Part shown: positions 1 through 8,644 of the stretch, piece after piece
Layout: every line of letters starts with the position of its first letter
Numbering within the stretch: position 1 is the first letter of the stretch
Assembly (NCBI RefSeq): GCF_017539065.1
Contig: NZ_JAFYHP010000009.1
Location: 79,949-143,948, forward strand
Reading direction: 5' to 3'
Length of the DNA stretch: 64,000 nt
Origin: Methanobrevibacter sp.
GTDB taxonomy: Archaea; Methanobacteriota; Methanobacteria; Methanobacteriales; Methanobacteriaceae
Notes under the pieces: model-generated
Seen by the model: only the letters and a program-made list of their open reading frames with translations
Database searches by the model: none
What the model was told of the DNA's origin: nothing
Translations under genes and position numbers: made by a program

Positions 1-980
1 CCCATTTGGGAAAAGCCATCAAGCCCAATCGTGAAAAATGGGTTATTCAGGGACATATAGGTTCAACCTGGCAGAACAATCAATACGTCAGAACACGTGA
101 AATGGATAAGGTGATTCCTGCATTCGAGGACTTCATGGAAAGGTTCCAAATTGATACCCTTGATTTTGGGATGATTCATTATGTGGACCTGTTGGAGGAT
201 TATGAAGAGATAATGAACGGCCCTTTCATCGATTATATTCGAAAATTAAAGGATGATGGTACAATAGCACATATTGGACTCAGTACACATAATCCGGACA
301 TTGGAATGCTTGCAGCCCAAAATCCCGAAATCGAACTTTTGATGTTTTCAATCAACCCGGCATTCGACATGTTTGGGCCAATGTCTGATATTGAAGAGTA
401 TAGGAAGGAGGATGCATTTGACGGCGAGTTTTCCAGTTTGAATCCGCAAAGAGCAGAACTCTATGAATTATGCGAGAAAAACGGCACAGCACTGACGGTA
501 ATGAAAGGGTTTGCAGGAGGCAATCTGCTTTCTGATGAGACTTCACCCTTTGGCGTGGCACTGACTCCGGTTCAATGTATCCATTACGCATTGGAGCAAA
601 AGGGTGTTTCAAGCATATTCGTTGGAGTGAAGACAGTTGATGAGCTCATGGAATCTTTAAAGTATTGCGGGGCAACTGATGCTGAAAAGGATTATGCGAA
701 AGTTTTAAAGGATGCTCCAAAACATTCGTTTGAAGGGCAATGCGTCTATTGTGGGCATTGTGCACCGTGTTCTTCCGGAATTGACATAGCTATGGTAAAC
801 AAATTGTTTGATTTGGCCAAAAACCATGATGAGGTTCCGCCTAGTGTACAGGAACATTACAACAATTTAAAATTCAATGCAACTTCATGTATTGCATGTG
901 GCGATTGTGAACCTAGATGTCCGTTCGATGTTCTTATTGTAGATGTGATGCTGGATGCACAGGATTTGTTCGGCTTTTGA
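1..980 (+). CDS. Aldo/keto-reductase-like oxidoreductase with C-terminal 4Fe-4S ferredoxin-type domain (5' end cut by window edge)
   Basis: Frame is open to position 1; stop TGA at 978-980. The C-terminus has two Cys clusters, CVYCGHCAPC and CIACGDCEPRCP (CxxCxxCxxxCP type). The N-terminal part resembles AKR-fold proteins fused to Fe-S domains. Confidence 0.7.
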   Translation, partial: HLGKAIKPNREKWVIQGHIGSTWQNNQYVRTREMDKVIPAFEDFMERFQIDTLDFGMIHYVDLLEDYEEIMNGPFIDYIRKLKDDGTIAHIGLSTHNPDIGMLAAQNPEIELLMFSINPAFDMFGPMSDIEEYRKEDAFDGEFSSLNPQRAELYELCEKNGTALTVMKGFAGGNLLSDETSPFGVALTPVQCIHYALEQKGVSSIFVGVKTVDELMESLKYCGATDAEKDYAKVLKDAPKHSFEGQCVYCGHCAPCSSGIDIAMVNKLFDLAKNHDEVPPSVQEHYNNLKFNATSCIACGDCEPRCPFDVLIVDVMLDAQDLFGF

Positions 981-1204
981 ATTGAATATAAGTTTCTCTA
1001 TTTTTGATTAATCTGCAAAAATTTTATCTAAGTTCACTGTTCCTCTGTTTCACCTTGAAGATAGTGAGGGCATTTTCACTGATGTCGACAAGTGCTGGCT
1101 AAAATTTAATCATTTTATCTTTTTCTTTTTTGCAGTCCAATTTGCTTTAAATGTGATACTTTTTAATATCTTAATAAATTAAAATATATATAAAGGTGTT
1201 CCAT

Positions 1205-3457
1205 ATGAGTGATAATAATTTGGGAAAATACATCGATGAATTTTTCAATAATCTGGAGTTATATGATGATAAATATAATAATCATCATTATAAAGGGCTT
1301 TTAAAGGCAGGCATTGACGTATTTTTAGAAAATGAAAATGCATACAATGCATATGAGGTATATCAAACCTTTTTCATGATTTATCAAATCACATCTGAGA
1401 ATAAATCTGAAAAGGTAACTGATACAAGCATCGTAAACGAACCTAACACTCTTCTTGATCTAGTCAAGATAATGAAAAAATATGAAGAAAATACCGGAGA
1501 TTTGATTGAAAAGCAAAGGGACCACTTTATCCACTCAGTCAATGTATTCCTGTTAGGTTTAGCAATATATTCCCAAAACAAGAATTATCGTGATGCATTT
1601 GAAGCTTATGTAATTCATAGTCCCTATGAAAAGTTTTATAGGATTGATGGAAAACTGTCCGATGAAGAGTTCCTATATCGATGGGGAGTGGCGGCACTGT
1701 TCCATGATGTAGGTTATCCCGTTGAAATCATCGGAAAGCAATTGAACAAATTCATGAACGACGGAGTGAAATCCATTTCAAGTTCTTATGCAGCAGATAC
1801 AGCAATCGACTTTAAGGATTTCAACGAATTTAACACCATTATAAAGATGGATCCTAACTTCGCCGATGAATTCACTAAAAACTATCCCAAAGCAAAATTC
1901 CTGAACCTGTTCAAGCCGACAGATATTATGGCCCAAAAAATTGCTACGGATTTTCCTAATGTTGATGTCAACAAGGTGGCAAAACACTTGGATGGTTTTG
2001 TGAATATAATGGGCGATAATGGCTTCATTGACCATGGATTTTTTTCATCAATTCTGGTTTTGAATTCATATGGATACTTGATACAAAAATATGCAAAAAA
2101 CCATGATTTCTTCTTTTATCCAATAGTGGATAGTGCCACTGCAATCCTGCTTCATAACTATTACAGAAATGTGCTGCAGAAGGAACCGTTTAAGTTATCC
2201 GGATTAAATCCAAAAGACAGTCCGCTGGCATATCTATTGATTTTATGTGATGAACTTCAGGAATGGAACAGGCAGCCATTCGGTATTATGGATAAAAAGA
2301 GAAGTCATGTCAACGATTTGAATTTGATAATTGATGATACCCGACTGGAAGTTGATTATATTGTAAAAAGCGGTTCAATGGGCCTTGGCTTTTCAGAAGA
2401 TAAGGAGGAATTGCTTAAAAATGTCTTATCTATTCCAAGCATATTCAAAAGGGGTTTGATGGTTTTCACTGATGTTCAACAGGACAATAACATTATGAGA
2501 GAAATTGTAAGGTCAGAGATTCAGGCTCCAAGTACTTTGCTTAGAAACGTTGAGAAACTGGCAATCCAAATCAATCAGCAATATATGGAAACTACAAAAG
2601 CCCAGTATGAGGATAAAAAGGCTAAAGGCGAGCTTGACGAAGACCTTAAGGAAAAATATGAAAACCTGAAGGAATTTGATGAGCTGTCCGCACAACTTAA
2701 AATCGCCAATATCAGGCAGGCAAGGTCAATTCCAAGGAAATTGAATGTAATCGGCTGTGAACTTGCCAATCTGTCTGACAAGCGTGAGGCCATTACTGAG
2801 TTTTCCGATGAAGAAATCCTTGATTTGGCCATTCTGGAACATGATGAATGGTGTGATGAAAAGATTGGTACAGGATGGACTTATGGCGAAGTTAGGGATG
2901 ATTCTAAATTGATACATAACTATCTTGTCCCATGGGATGAGCTGACCCCTGAAATTCAGCAATATGACATCGATCCGGTTAAGAACATACCTTCCCTTGT
3001 AGAATCAATTGGCTTGAAAATCGTTAAGACCAAGGTCAGAATGCTGACTATTGAAATGCATAAGTTCTATCAGTCAAACGAGGAAGGAACACAGGACTTT
3101 GAAGATTTGCCGGATTACATCAAATATTCCAATTACAAACAGGCTGATTTCCTAGTTAAAATATTGAATGAACTCGGATATGATGTGGTGGACAGTGAGA
3201 GTCCCGGCGAAGCTGTTGATTCATTTGACAATGATTCACTTGAATATTTAGCCAAACGGGAACATAATGCCTGGTATAAGCTTAAAGTTAACGTAGGTTG
3301 GAGATATGGTCCTGCTCGTGATGATGAGCAAAAACTCAATCCTAATCTAGTGGACTGGGACCATTTAGACATTTCAAAGAAAGACTCAAATATGAGAACA
3401 TTTAGGAACCTTCCGCAATTGTGTAAGAATGTCGATTTAAAAATTGTTAAAAACTGA
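1205..3457 (+). CDS. HD-superfamily phosphohydrolase-like domain fused to RyR (ryanodine-receptor type) repeats, paralog A
   Basis: Long ORF; ATG 1205 is preceded by AAGGTG. Ordered HD-type motifs: HFIHSVNV, FHDVGYP, IDHGFFS, LLHNYY, LCDELQEWNR. The C-terminal half has two canonical RyR repeats: EHDEWCDEKIGTGWTYGEVRDDSKLIHNYLVPWDELT (nt ~2820-3020) and EHNAWYKLKVNVGWRYGPARDDEQKLNPNLVDWDHL (nt ~3240-3450). Each is preceded by a helical half-repeat. Confidence 0.85.
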   Translation: MSDNNLGKYIDEFFNNLELYDDKYNNHHYKGLLKAGIDVFLENENAYNAYEVYQTFFMIYQITSENKSEKVTDTSIVNEPNTLLDLVKIMKKYEENTGDLIEKQRDHFIHSVNVFLLGLAIYSQNKNYRDAFEAYVIHSPYEKFYRIDGKLSDEEFLYRWGVAALFHDVGYPVEIIGKQLNKFMNDGVKSISSSYAADTAIDFKDFNEFNTIIKMDPNFADEFTKNYPKAKFLNLFKPTDIMAQKIATDFPNVDVNKVAKHLDGFVNIMGDNGFIDHGFFSSILVLNSYGYLIQKYAKNHDFFFYPIVDSATAILLHNYYRNVLQKEPFKLSGLNPKDSPLAYLLILCDELQEWNRQPFGIMDKKRSHVNDLNLIIDDTRLEVDYIVKSGSMGLGFSEDKEELLKNVLSIPSIFKRGLMVFTDVQQDNNIMREIVRSEIQAPSTLLRNVEKLAIQINQQYMETTKAQYEDKKAKGELDEDLKEKYENLKEFDELSAQLKIANIRQARSIPRKLNVIGCELANLSDKREAITEFSDEEILDLAILEHDEWCDEKIGTGWTYGEVRDDSKLIHNYLVPWDELTPEIQQYDIDPVKNIPSLVESIGLKIVKTKVRMLTIEMHKFYQSNEEGTQDFEDLPDYIKYSNYKQADFLVKILNELGYDVVDSESPGEAVDSFDNDSLEYLAKREHNAWYKLKVNVGWRYGPARDDEQKLNPNLVDWDHLDISKKDSNMRTFRNLPQLCKNVDLKIVKN

Positions 3458-3469
3458 TATGGTGAAAAA

Positions 3470-5833
3470 ATGACAGAAGAAACTATCAATCCGAATATAA
3501 GTCCTGAAAAATCAAATTTGCATAAATATATTGATAAGTTTTTTGATATGCTTACAATGTATGACGATTCCAAATCATTAAGTTCCGGAATTAATCATAA
3601 CTATAAAGGCCTATTGAAAGCTACAATCGATGTTTTTCTAGAATATGAATCTCCATATACTGCTTATGAGGTTTATGAGAACTTCTTAATGATTTATCAA
3701 ATTACTCCCGAAGACAAAAGCGAAGTCGATGAAAATAGCCCAAACAGCATCATAAGCGAACCGAACACCCTTCTTGATTTGGTTAAAATAATGCAGAAAT
3801 ATGAAGAAAATACTGGAGATTTAATCAACAGGCAAAGGGATCATTTCATACACTCAGTCAATGTGTTCATATTAGGTTTGGCAATTTATACTCAAAATGT
3901 AAATTATAGGGAGATATTTAGGGATTATATTCTGGACAATTCTTATTATAAGAAATATTATAAAACTCCCGATGGAGAATTTTCTCATGAGGAATTTTTA
4001 TACCGTTGGGGTGTTGCAGCACTTTTCCACGATATCGGTTATCCATTTGAAATAATCGGAAAGCAGATTGATAAGGTTATTGAAGATGGAGTTAAGTCTA
4101 TTTCTGTCAATTACGATGTCGGTGCTAACTTAGATTTCAGAGACTTCAATGAATTCAACGCTATTGTAAAGATAGCTCCTTATGACTATGCAGATAAGTT
4201 TAGGGAAAGGTATTATTCAACAAAAGTTCTGGATTTATTCAAACCTACTGACATCATGGCCCATAAAATTGCCATGGATTTTGATTTTGATGATGCCCAA
4301 TTTAAAGAGTTGATAAGACATTTAAGTGGTTTTGTCAAGTATATGAACAAGAAAGGCTTTATAGACCATGGATACTTCTCAGCAATTCTTGTCTTGAACT
4401 CATATGGTAAGCTGATTCAGAAGTATGTCGAAAAGGACAAGGATTTCTTCTTTTATCCGATTGTAGATAGTGCAACAGCAATTCTATTGCACAATTATTA
4501 TAATAAGACATTGCAGAGCGAGCTGTTCGGTCTTGGAAAATTGGATCCGAGTGATTCCCCTATTTCATATTTGCTGATTTTCTGTGATGAACTTCAGGAG
4601 TGGAATAGGCGCCCTTATGGTGTTTTGGATAAGCAGAAAAATCATGTTAATGACTTTGATGTTGAAATAGATGAGGAAAAAATCATTGTAAGGTACATTC
4701 TGAAGAATGGGTCCATGGGTCTTGGCTTTGAAGAGATGAAAGACGAATTCATCAACAAAGTTCTTGACGTTAGAAAAATATTCCCTGCTAAATTATCCAT
4801 TTTGCCTAAGGTCGAATTGGATAATGTCCAAAGGGATATTTTAATGTCAGATATTCAAACTCCAGATGTTCTTATGAGAAATATCGAGAAATTGGCCCGC
4901 GAGATTCATGAGCAGTACAGGCGAACTTCCGATGAGGAAGTGGTGGAATTTGATGACTTGAGTTCAGATTTGAAGATGTCCAATGTTCGCCAAGCGAAAT
5001 CCATTCCTAAAAAACTGGCGATGATAGGATGTGAAATTGCCCATAAGACCGAAGAGGAAATGGCTGATCCAACTGATTTTGACACTAAACTCAATCAAAT
5101 CATCAATGAGAATTATGGCGGCGATAAAGACGTCACTGAAGAGATTGTTGAAGAGTCAGGCAAGCTTATCAGGATTCTCAAATTCAATGAAAAGGATGTT
5201 GAAGACTTATCAATCTTTGAACATGACGAATGGTGTACTGAAAGATTTGGTAAAGGTTGGATTTGCGGTAAAAAAACAAACCGTGAAATGAAAATCAGTG
5301 AAGATTTGGTTGAATGGGAAAAGCTTTCTCCACAAACACGCAAGTATGATGAAGATGCCATCAAGAATATTCCTAAGCTTTTGGACAATATTGGTTTGAA
5401 AATCATCAGAAGCAGGCTCAGGGCACTTACCTATAAAATGAACCAGTTCTATGAATACGGTAAGCTTGACAGCAATTCCAGTGGTGAAAAGGAATTCAGG
5501 GCATTGAATACTCATATTCAGTTCTGTAATTTAAGACAGGCTACCCATTTGGTTAAGCTATTGAAGGAAAAGGGTTATGAGTTTGTTCCGATTGATGATA
5601 TTGGAGAACCTGTTGAAAGTTTTGATTATGATGAAATTGAATACTTTGCTAAAAGGGTGCATGAAGGATGGTATAAGCTTAAGCTCAACCTGAATGAGAT
5701 TTCCAGCAGGAATTTTGTAGAATGGGATAACCTTAACAGAAAAGTTAAGCAGAAAAACAGGGAAACCATCAGAAATCTTCCCGACATGTGCAAAGATGAA
5801 TATGTATCCTTGAAAATCGTCAGAAGCGATTAG
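3470..5833 (+). CDS. HD-superfamily phosphohydrolase-like domain fused to degenerate RyR-like repeats, paralog B
   Basis: Starts 12 nt after the paralog A stop, with a GGTGA SD. Collinear with A, sharing long identical blocks (EPNTLLDLVKIM, YEENTGDLI, RDHFIHSVNVF, FFFYPIVDSATAILLHNYY). HD motifs are retained (FHDIGYP, IDHGYFS, FCDELQEWNR). RyR repeat 1 is degenerate (GWICGKKTNREMK). Repeat 2 lacks the GW.YG..RDD core. Confidence 0.85.
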   Translation: MTEETINPNISPEKSNLHKYIDKFFDMLTMYDDSKSLSSGINHNYKGLLKATIDVFLEYESPYTAYEVYENFLMIYQITPEDKSEVDENSPNSIISEPNTLLDLVKIMQKYEENTGDLINRQRDHFIHSVNVFILGLAIYTQNVNYREIFRDYILDNSYYKKYYKTPDGEFSHEEFLYRWGVAALFHDIGYPFEIIGKQIDKVIEDGVKSISVNYDVGANLDFRDFNEFNAIVKIAPYDYADKFRERYYSTKVLDLFKPTDIMAHKIAMDFDFDDAQFKELIRHLSGFVKYMNKKGFIDHGYFSAILVLNSYGKLIQKYVEKDKDFFFYPIVDSATAILLHNYYNKTLQSELFGLGKLDPSDSPISYLLIFCDELQEWNRRPYGVLDKQKNHVNDFDVEIDEEKIIVRYILKNGSMGLGFEEMKDEFINKVLDVRKIFPAKLSILPKVELDNVQRDILMSDIQTPDVLMRNIEKLAREIHEQYRRTSDEEVVEFDDLSSDLKMSNVRQAKSIPKKLAMIGCEIAHKTEEEMADPTDFDTKLNQIINENYGGDKDVTEEIVEESGKLIRILKFNEKDVEDLSIFEHDEWCTERFGKGWICGKKTNREMKISEDLVEWEKLSPQTRKYDEDAIKNIPKLLDNIGLKIIRSRLRALTYKMNQFYEYGKLDSNSSGEKEFRALNTHIQFCNLRQATHLVKLLKEKGYEFVPIDDIGEPVESFDYDEIEYFAKRVHEGWYKLKLNLNEISSRNFVEWDNLNRKVKQKNRETIRNLPDMCKDEYVSLKIVRSD

Positions 5834-6036
5834 ATTTTAATTTCTCTGGCTTTAAAGTCGGAGAATTTTTACAATTTTTTGATGTGAATTCAGCAGATGA
5901 CAATATCGGTTCTATAACGGGAAATCAGAGAAATGGCTATTAACTTTTTTTGCAGTGTTTTTGAATAACATTTTGGAAAATATTCGGTCTCATTTCCATT
6001 TGGATTTTCGGCATGAAATTCAAAAAAGAGCTTGAG

Positions 6037-6900
6037 TTATAATTTCTTAAGCACTAACGATGTGATATCAACACCTAAATTTTTAGAGATGGGGTTGCAT
6101 TTGCTGCAAAGCAGCGCAAAAACGTCTTTGTTACCTAGATTCATTTCTGTGAGGCCTTCATAGTTTGCCATTCCCTTCGAAACTATCAATTTGCTTTCAT
6201 CAAATAGTTTTCTGAAGTCATCCGAAAACATCTCTTGAACAATTCCTCCCGAATCGCATCCGAGAGTTGTAATTTCGGCAAATTCATCCAATCCAGCATC
6301 AATAGCTTCCTTTTCACATGCATCATTTACAATTGGGCTGCTTTTAACGGCAACGACTACATCGACATCATATTCTTTTATCTTTTCAATTAATAATCTG
6401 TCAAATACGATTTCACCGGAATTGTCAACCAGATATAGGACTTCGCTATGATGTTTCAATGCCTTTTTGAATTCTTCAATGTCATTAATGCTCAAATTTT
6501 TATTCAGATTTTTGCAAATCAACCCTTCAAAATCAGTGGTGATGTCATAGGCTCCAAAGTCAAGGATATTTCCGACAATTGCCAGCTTGACGTATGTTTC
6601 CAGGCTGTTGTTTGTCTTTAGAATCTCATGGACATTTGGTATTAGGGATAATGCAATTTCATTGCTGATTTCCTTTTGTTTAAAATAGGCATCCCTACAT
6701 CCAGTTTCTTGTTTGATGTATTGATTGACTTCTGTTGCCAATTTATTCGGTTGTGAATCTTTGTTGAAGTTATCTGCCATATGCATCATGCAGTCCTGCA
6801 TCAATTCAAACTTTAAATCTTCATTTGAGCAGGATAAATCAATGACTTCTTTCACTTGTCTTAATATGCAGGCTCCACATTCGTAATATGACTTGATAAT
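6037..6900 (-). CDS. DUF89 / ARMT1-like damage-control phosphatase family protein
   Basis: KGMANYEGL motif near the C-terminus. The family-typical N-terminal Cys motif ECGACILRQ is encoded in frame upstream of the first GTG (6855). The frame is open back to stop 6913-6915 with only ATT 6900 / ATC 6897 as possible starts. Confidence 0.7.
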   Translation of the reverse strand: MIKSYYECGACILRQVKEVIDLSCSNEDLKFELMQDCMMHMADNFNKDSQPNKLATEVNQYIKQETGCRDAYFKQKEISNEIALSLIPNVHEILKTNNSLETYVKLAIVGNILDFGAYDITTDFEGLICKNLNKNLSINDIEEFKKALKHHSEVLYLVDNSGEIVFDRLLIEKIKEYDVDVVVAVKSSPIVNDACEKEAIDAGLDEFAEITTLGCDSGGIVQEMFSDDFRKLFDESKLIVSKGMANYEGLTEMNLGNKDVFALLCSKCNPISKNLGVDITSLVLKKL

Positions 6901-6973
6901 ACCACAACCTTTTTAAGGAATCAAGTATATTTTTAATATTATACTTTTAATAGTTTATCATTAGGTGATTGAA

Positions 6974-7768
6974 ATGACTGATGATTGGGATGACATTAAA
7001 GTAAATAGAAGAAAAGGAGATAAAGTACATTTCGAATCTACTTTGCTCCAACAAATATCCGACGGAATAGATTTTATCCGTAGCGAAAGTAAAGAAATTT
7101 TAGAAGAATTAGATATTCAAGGAATTGATGAAAAGATTCTTGAAGAATTTGGTGAAAATGCTTTAGATCAAATTTCAGATATTTCAGACGGTTTATCTGG
7201 CATTAAATCTGATTTAATCGATGCAGATGATATCCCTGAGTTTTTAAAAGAATATTCAATCAATGCTAAAAAAGCATTAAACAGAGATCTTGATTATGTT
7301 AGGAGAGCAAGAAGAAGACTGGATCGAATGGATTCCAATGAATTAGTTGACATATATAAGACAAATGCTAGTGTTATAACCCTTTGTGACAAGGCAATTG
7401 AAGTTAATCCTTCCAATTATGAAGCTTATTATCTAAAAGGCCTCGCTTTGGTTAATTTAGAAGAGTATTGTGAAGCAATTGAAGAGTTCATTAGCTGTTT
7501 AGCATTGAATGAAGATTATGTTGATGCAAAATTGGCAATCGCTAATGTTAATCGATTAAATAAGGATTATGATGATGCAATTAATGTCTATGATTCTATT
7601 TTAAAAGATGATGAAAATTCATTTGAAGCGATTAAAGGGAAAGCATATACTTATTTTGATTTTGACGATTTCCAAAAGGCCGCTGATGAATTTAAAAAAG
7701 CAGATTCAATTCACTCTTTAGATGATGAATCTAAAAGGCTTTGGGATGAATGCATTAACAAAAAGTGA
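6974..7768 (+). CDS. TPR-repeat protein
   Basis: ATG 6974 follows AGGTGA. The C-terminal half has TPR-like repeats (EAYYLKGLALVNLEEYCEAIEEF, DAKLAIANVNRLNKDYDDAINVY). The N-terminal half is acidic. Confidence 0.7.
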   Translation: MTDDWDDIKVNRRKGDKVHFESTLLQQISDGIDFIRSESKEILEELDIQGIDEKILEEFGENALDQISDISDGLSGIKSDLIDADDIPEFLKEYSINAKKALNRDLDYVRRARRRLDRMDSNELVDIYKTNASVITLCDKAIEVNPSNYEAYYLKGLALVNLEEYCEAIEEFISCLALNEDYVDAKLAIANVNRLNKDYDDAINVYDSILKDDENSFEAIKGKAYTYFDFDDFQKAADEFKKADSIHSLDDESKRLWDECINKK

Positions 7769-7874
7769 ATATAATTCACTTTCTTTTTTTCTTTTTTTTC
7801 ATTGATAAGAAAAGATTTATCAACGTTTTTTTGTAGATATAGTACTATCTAAAAAATATTTTAGAGGTGAAAAA

Positions 7875-8615
7875 ATGGCAAAAAATGCAATAATTACTGG
7901 AGGATCCAGAGGAATTGGAAAAGCAATGGCTTTAAAATTAGGTGAACTTGGTTACAATGTAGCTATCAACTACAGAAGTGACTCGTCCAAACAATTAACC
8001 GAAGATTTAGTTGAAGAACTTAAATCAGAATATGGTGTTGAAGCTATTGCAGTTCAAGCAGATGTAAGTAAGTTTGAAGATTGTAAAAAATTAGTTGAAG
8101 CAGCTGTTGAAGAATTCGGTGAGGAAATCGATGCTTTAGTAAACAACGCTGGAATCACAAACAATTCCAACTTCATTGACTTACAACCGGAACAATATGA
8201 AGCCGTTATTAACACAAACCTCGTAAGTATGATGCACATGTGTCACTTGGCTTTACCTTACATGGTAGACCGTGATACTGCAATCGTATGTACCGCATCA
8301 GTAGGAGGTCTTACAGGTGTAATCAACCAGGCTGATTACTGTGCTGCTAAAACTGGTGTAATCGGATTGTGCCGTGCATTAGCTTTAGAATTTGCACCAA
8401 GAAAAGTAAGAGTAAACTCAATTGCACCGGGTATGATTATGACTGACATGTTACGTGGTGTAAACCAAGATGAATTGAATGCACTTGCAGCAACAATTCC
8501 ATTAGGACACATTGGGGAAGTTGAAGAAATCGCTGGTGCTTTAGAATACATCTTAACAGCAGATTATTTAACCGGTCAAGTTATTTCACCTAACGGCGGA
8601 TTTGTATTACAATAA
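7875..8615 (+). CDS. Short-chain dehydrogenase/reductase, 3-oxoacyl-ACP reductase (FabG)-like
   Basis: TGGSRGIGKA Rossmann motif, NNAG, and catalytic YCAAK. Typical classical SDR length of 246 aa. SD AGAGGTGA lies upstream. Confidence 0.85.
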   Translation: MAKNAIITGGSRGIGKAMALKLGELGYNVAINYRSDSSKQLTEDLVEELKSEYGVEAIAVQADVSKFEDCKKLVEAAVEEFGEEIDALVNNAGITNNSNFIDLQPEQYEAVINTNLVSMMHMCHLALPYMVDRDTAIVCTASVGGLTGVINQADYCAAKTGVIGLCRALALEFAPRKVRVNSIAPGMIMTDMLRGVNQDELNALAATIPLGHIGEVEEIAGALEYILTADYLTGQVISPNGGFVLQ

Positions 8616-8644
8616 GGTTATTTTAACCTTATTTTTTTATATTT

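Noticed and set aside
1061-1094. AGTGAGGGCATTTTCACTGA resembles a degenerate copy of the 26-nt motif. GTCGACAA at 1085-1092 matches the half-site seen upstream of the ATPase gene.
   Set aside because: The motif copy lacks the GAGAGC core and is oriented away from the downstream plus-strand gene. A single 8-mer match is within chance expectation for a window of this size.
1384-5515. Many 60-146 aa antisense or alternative-frame ORFs inside the two HD-RyR genes (e.g. 1384-1581, 1778-2035, 2575-2832, 3133-3573, 4906-5094, 5031-5291, 5113-5515).
   Set aside because: They are fully nested in long ORFs with clear domain motifs. Their translations are low-complexity (S/L/F-rich), as expected for the reverse strand of AT-rich coding DNA, and they have no SD.
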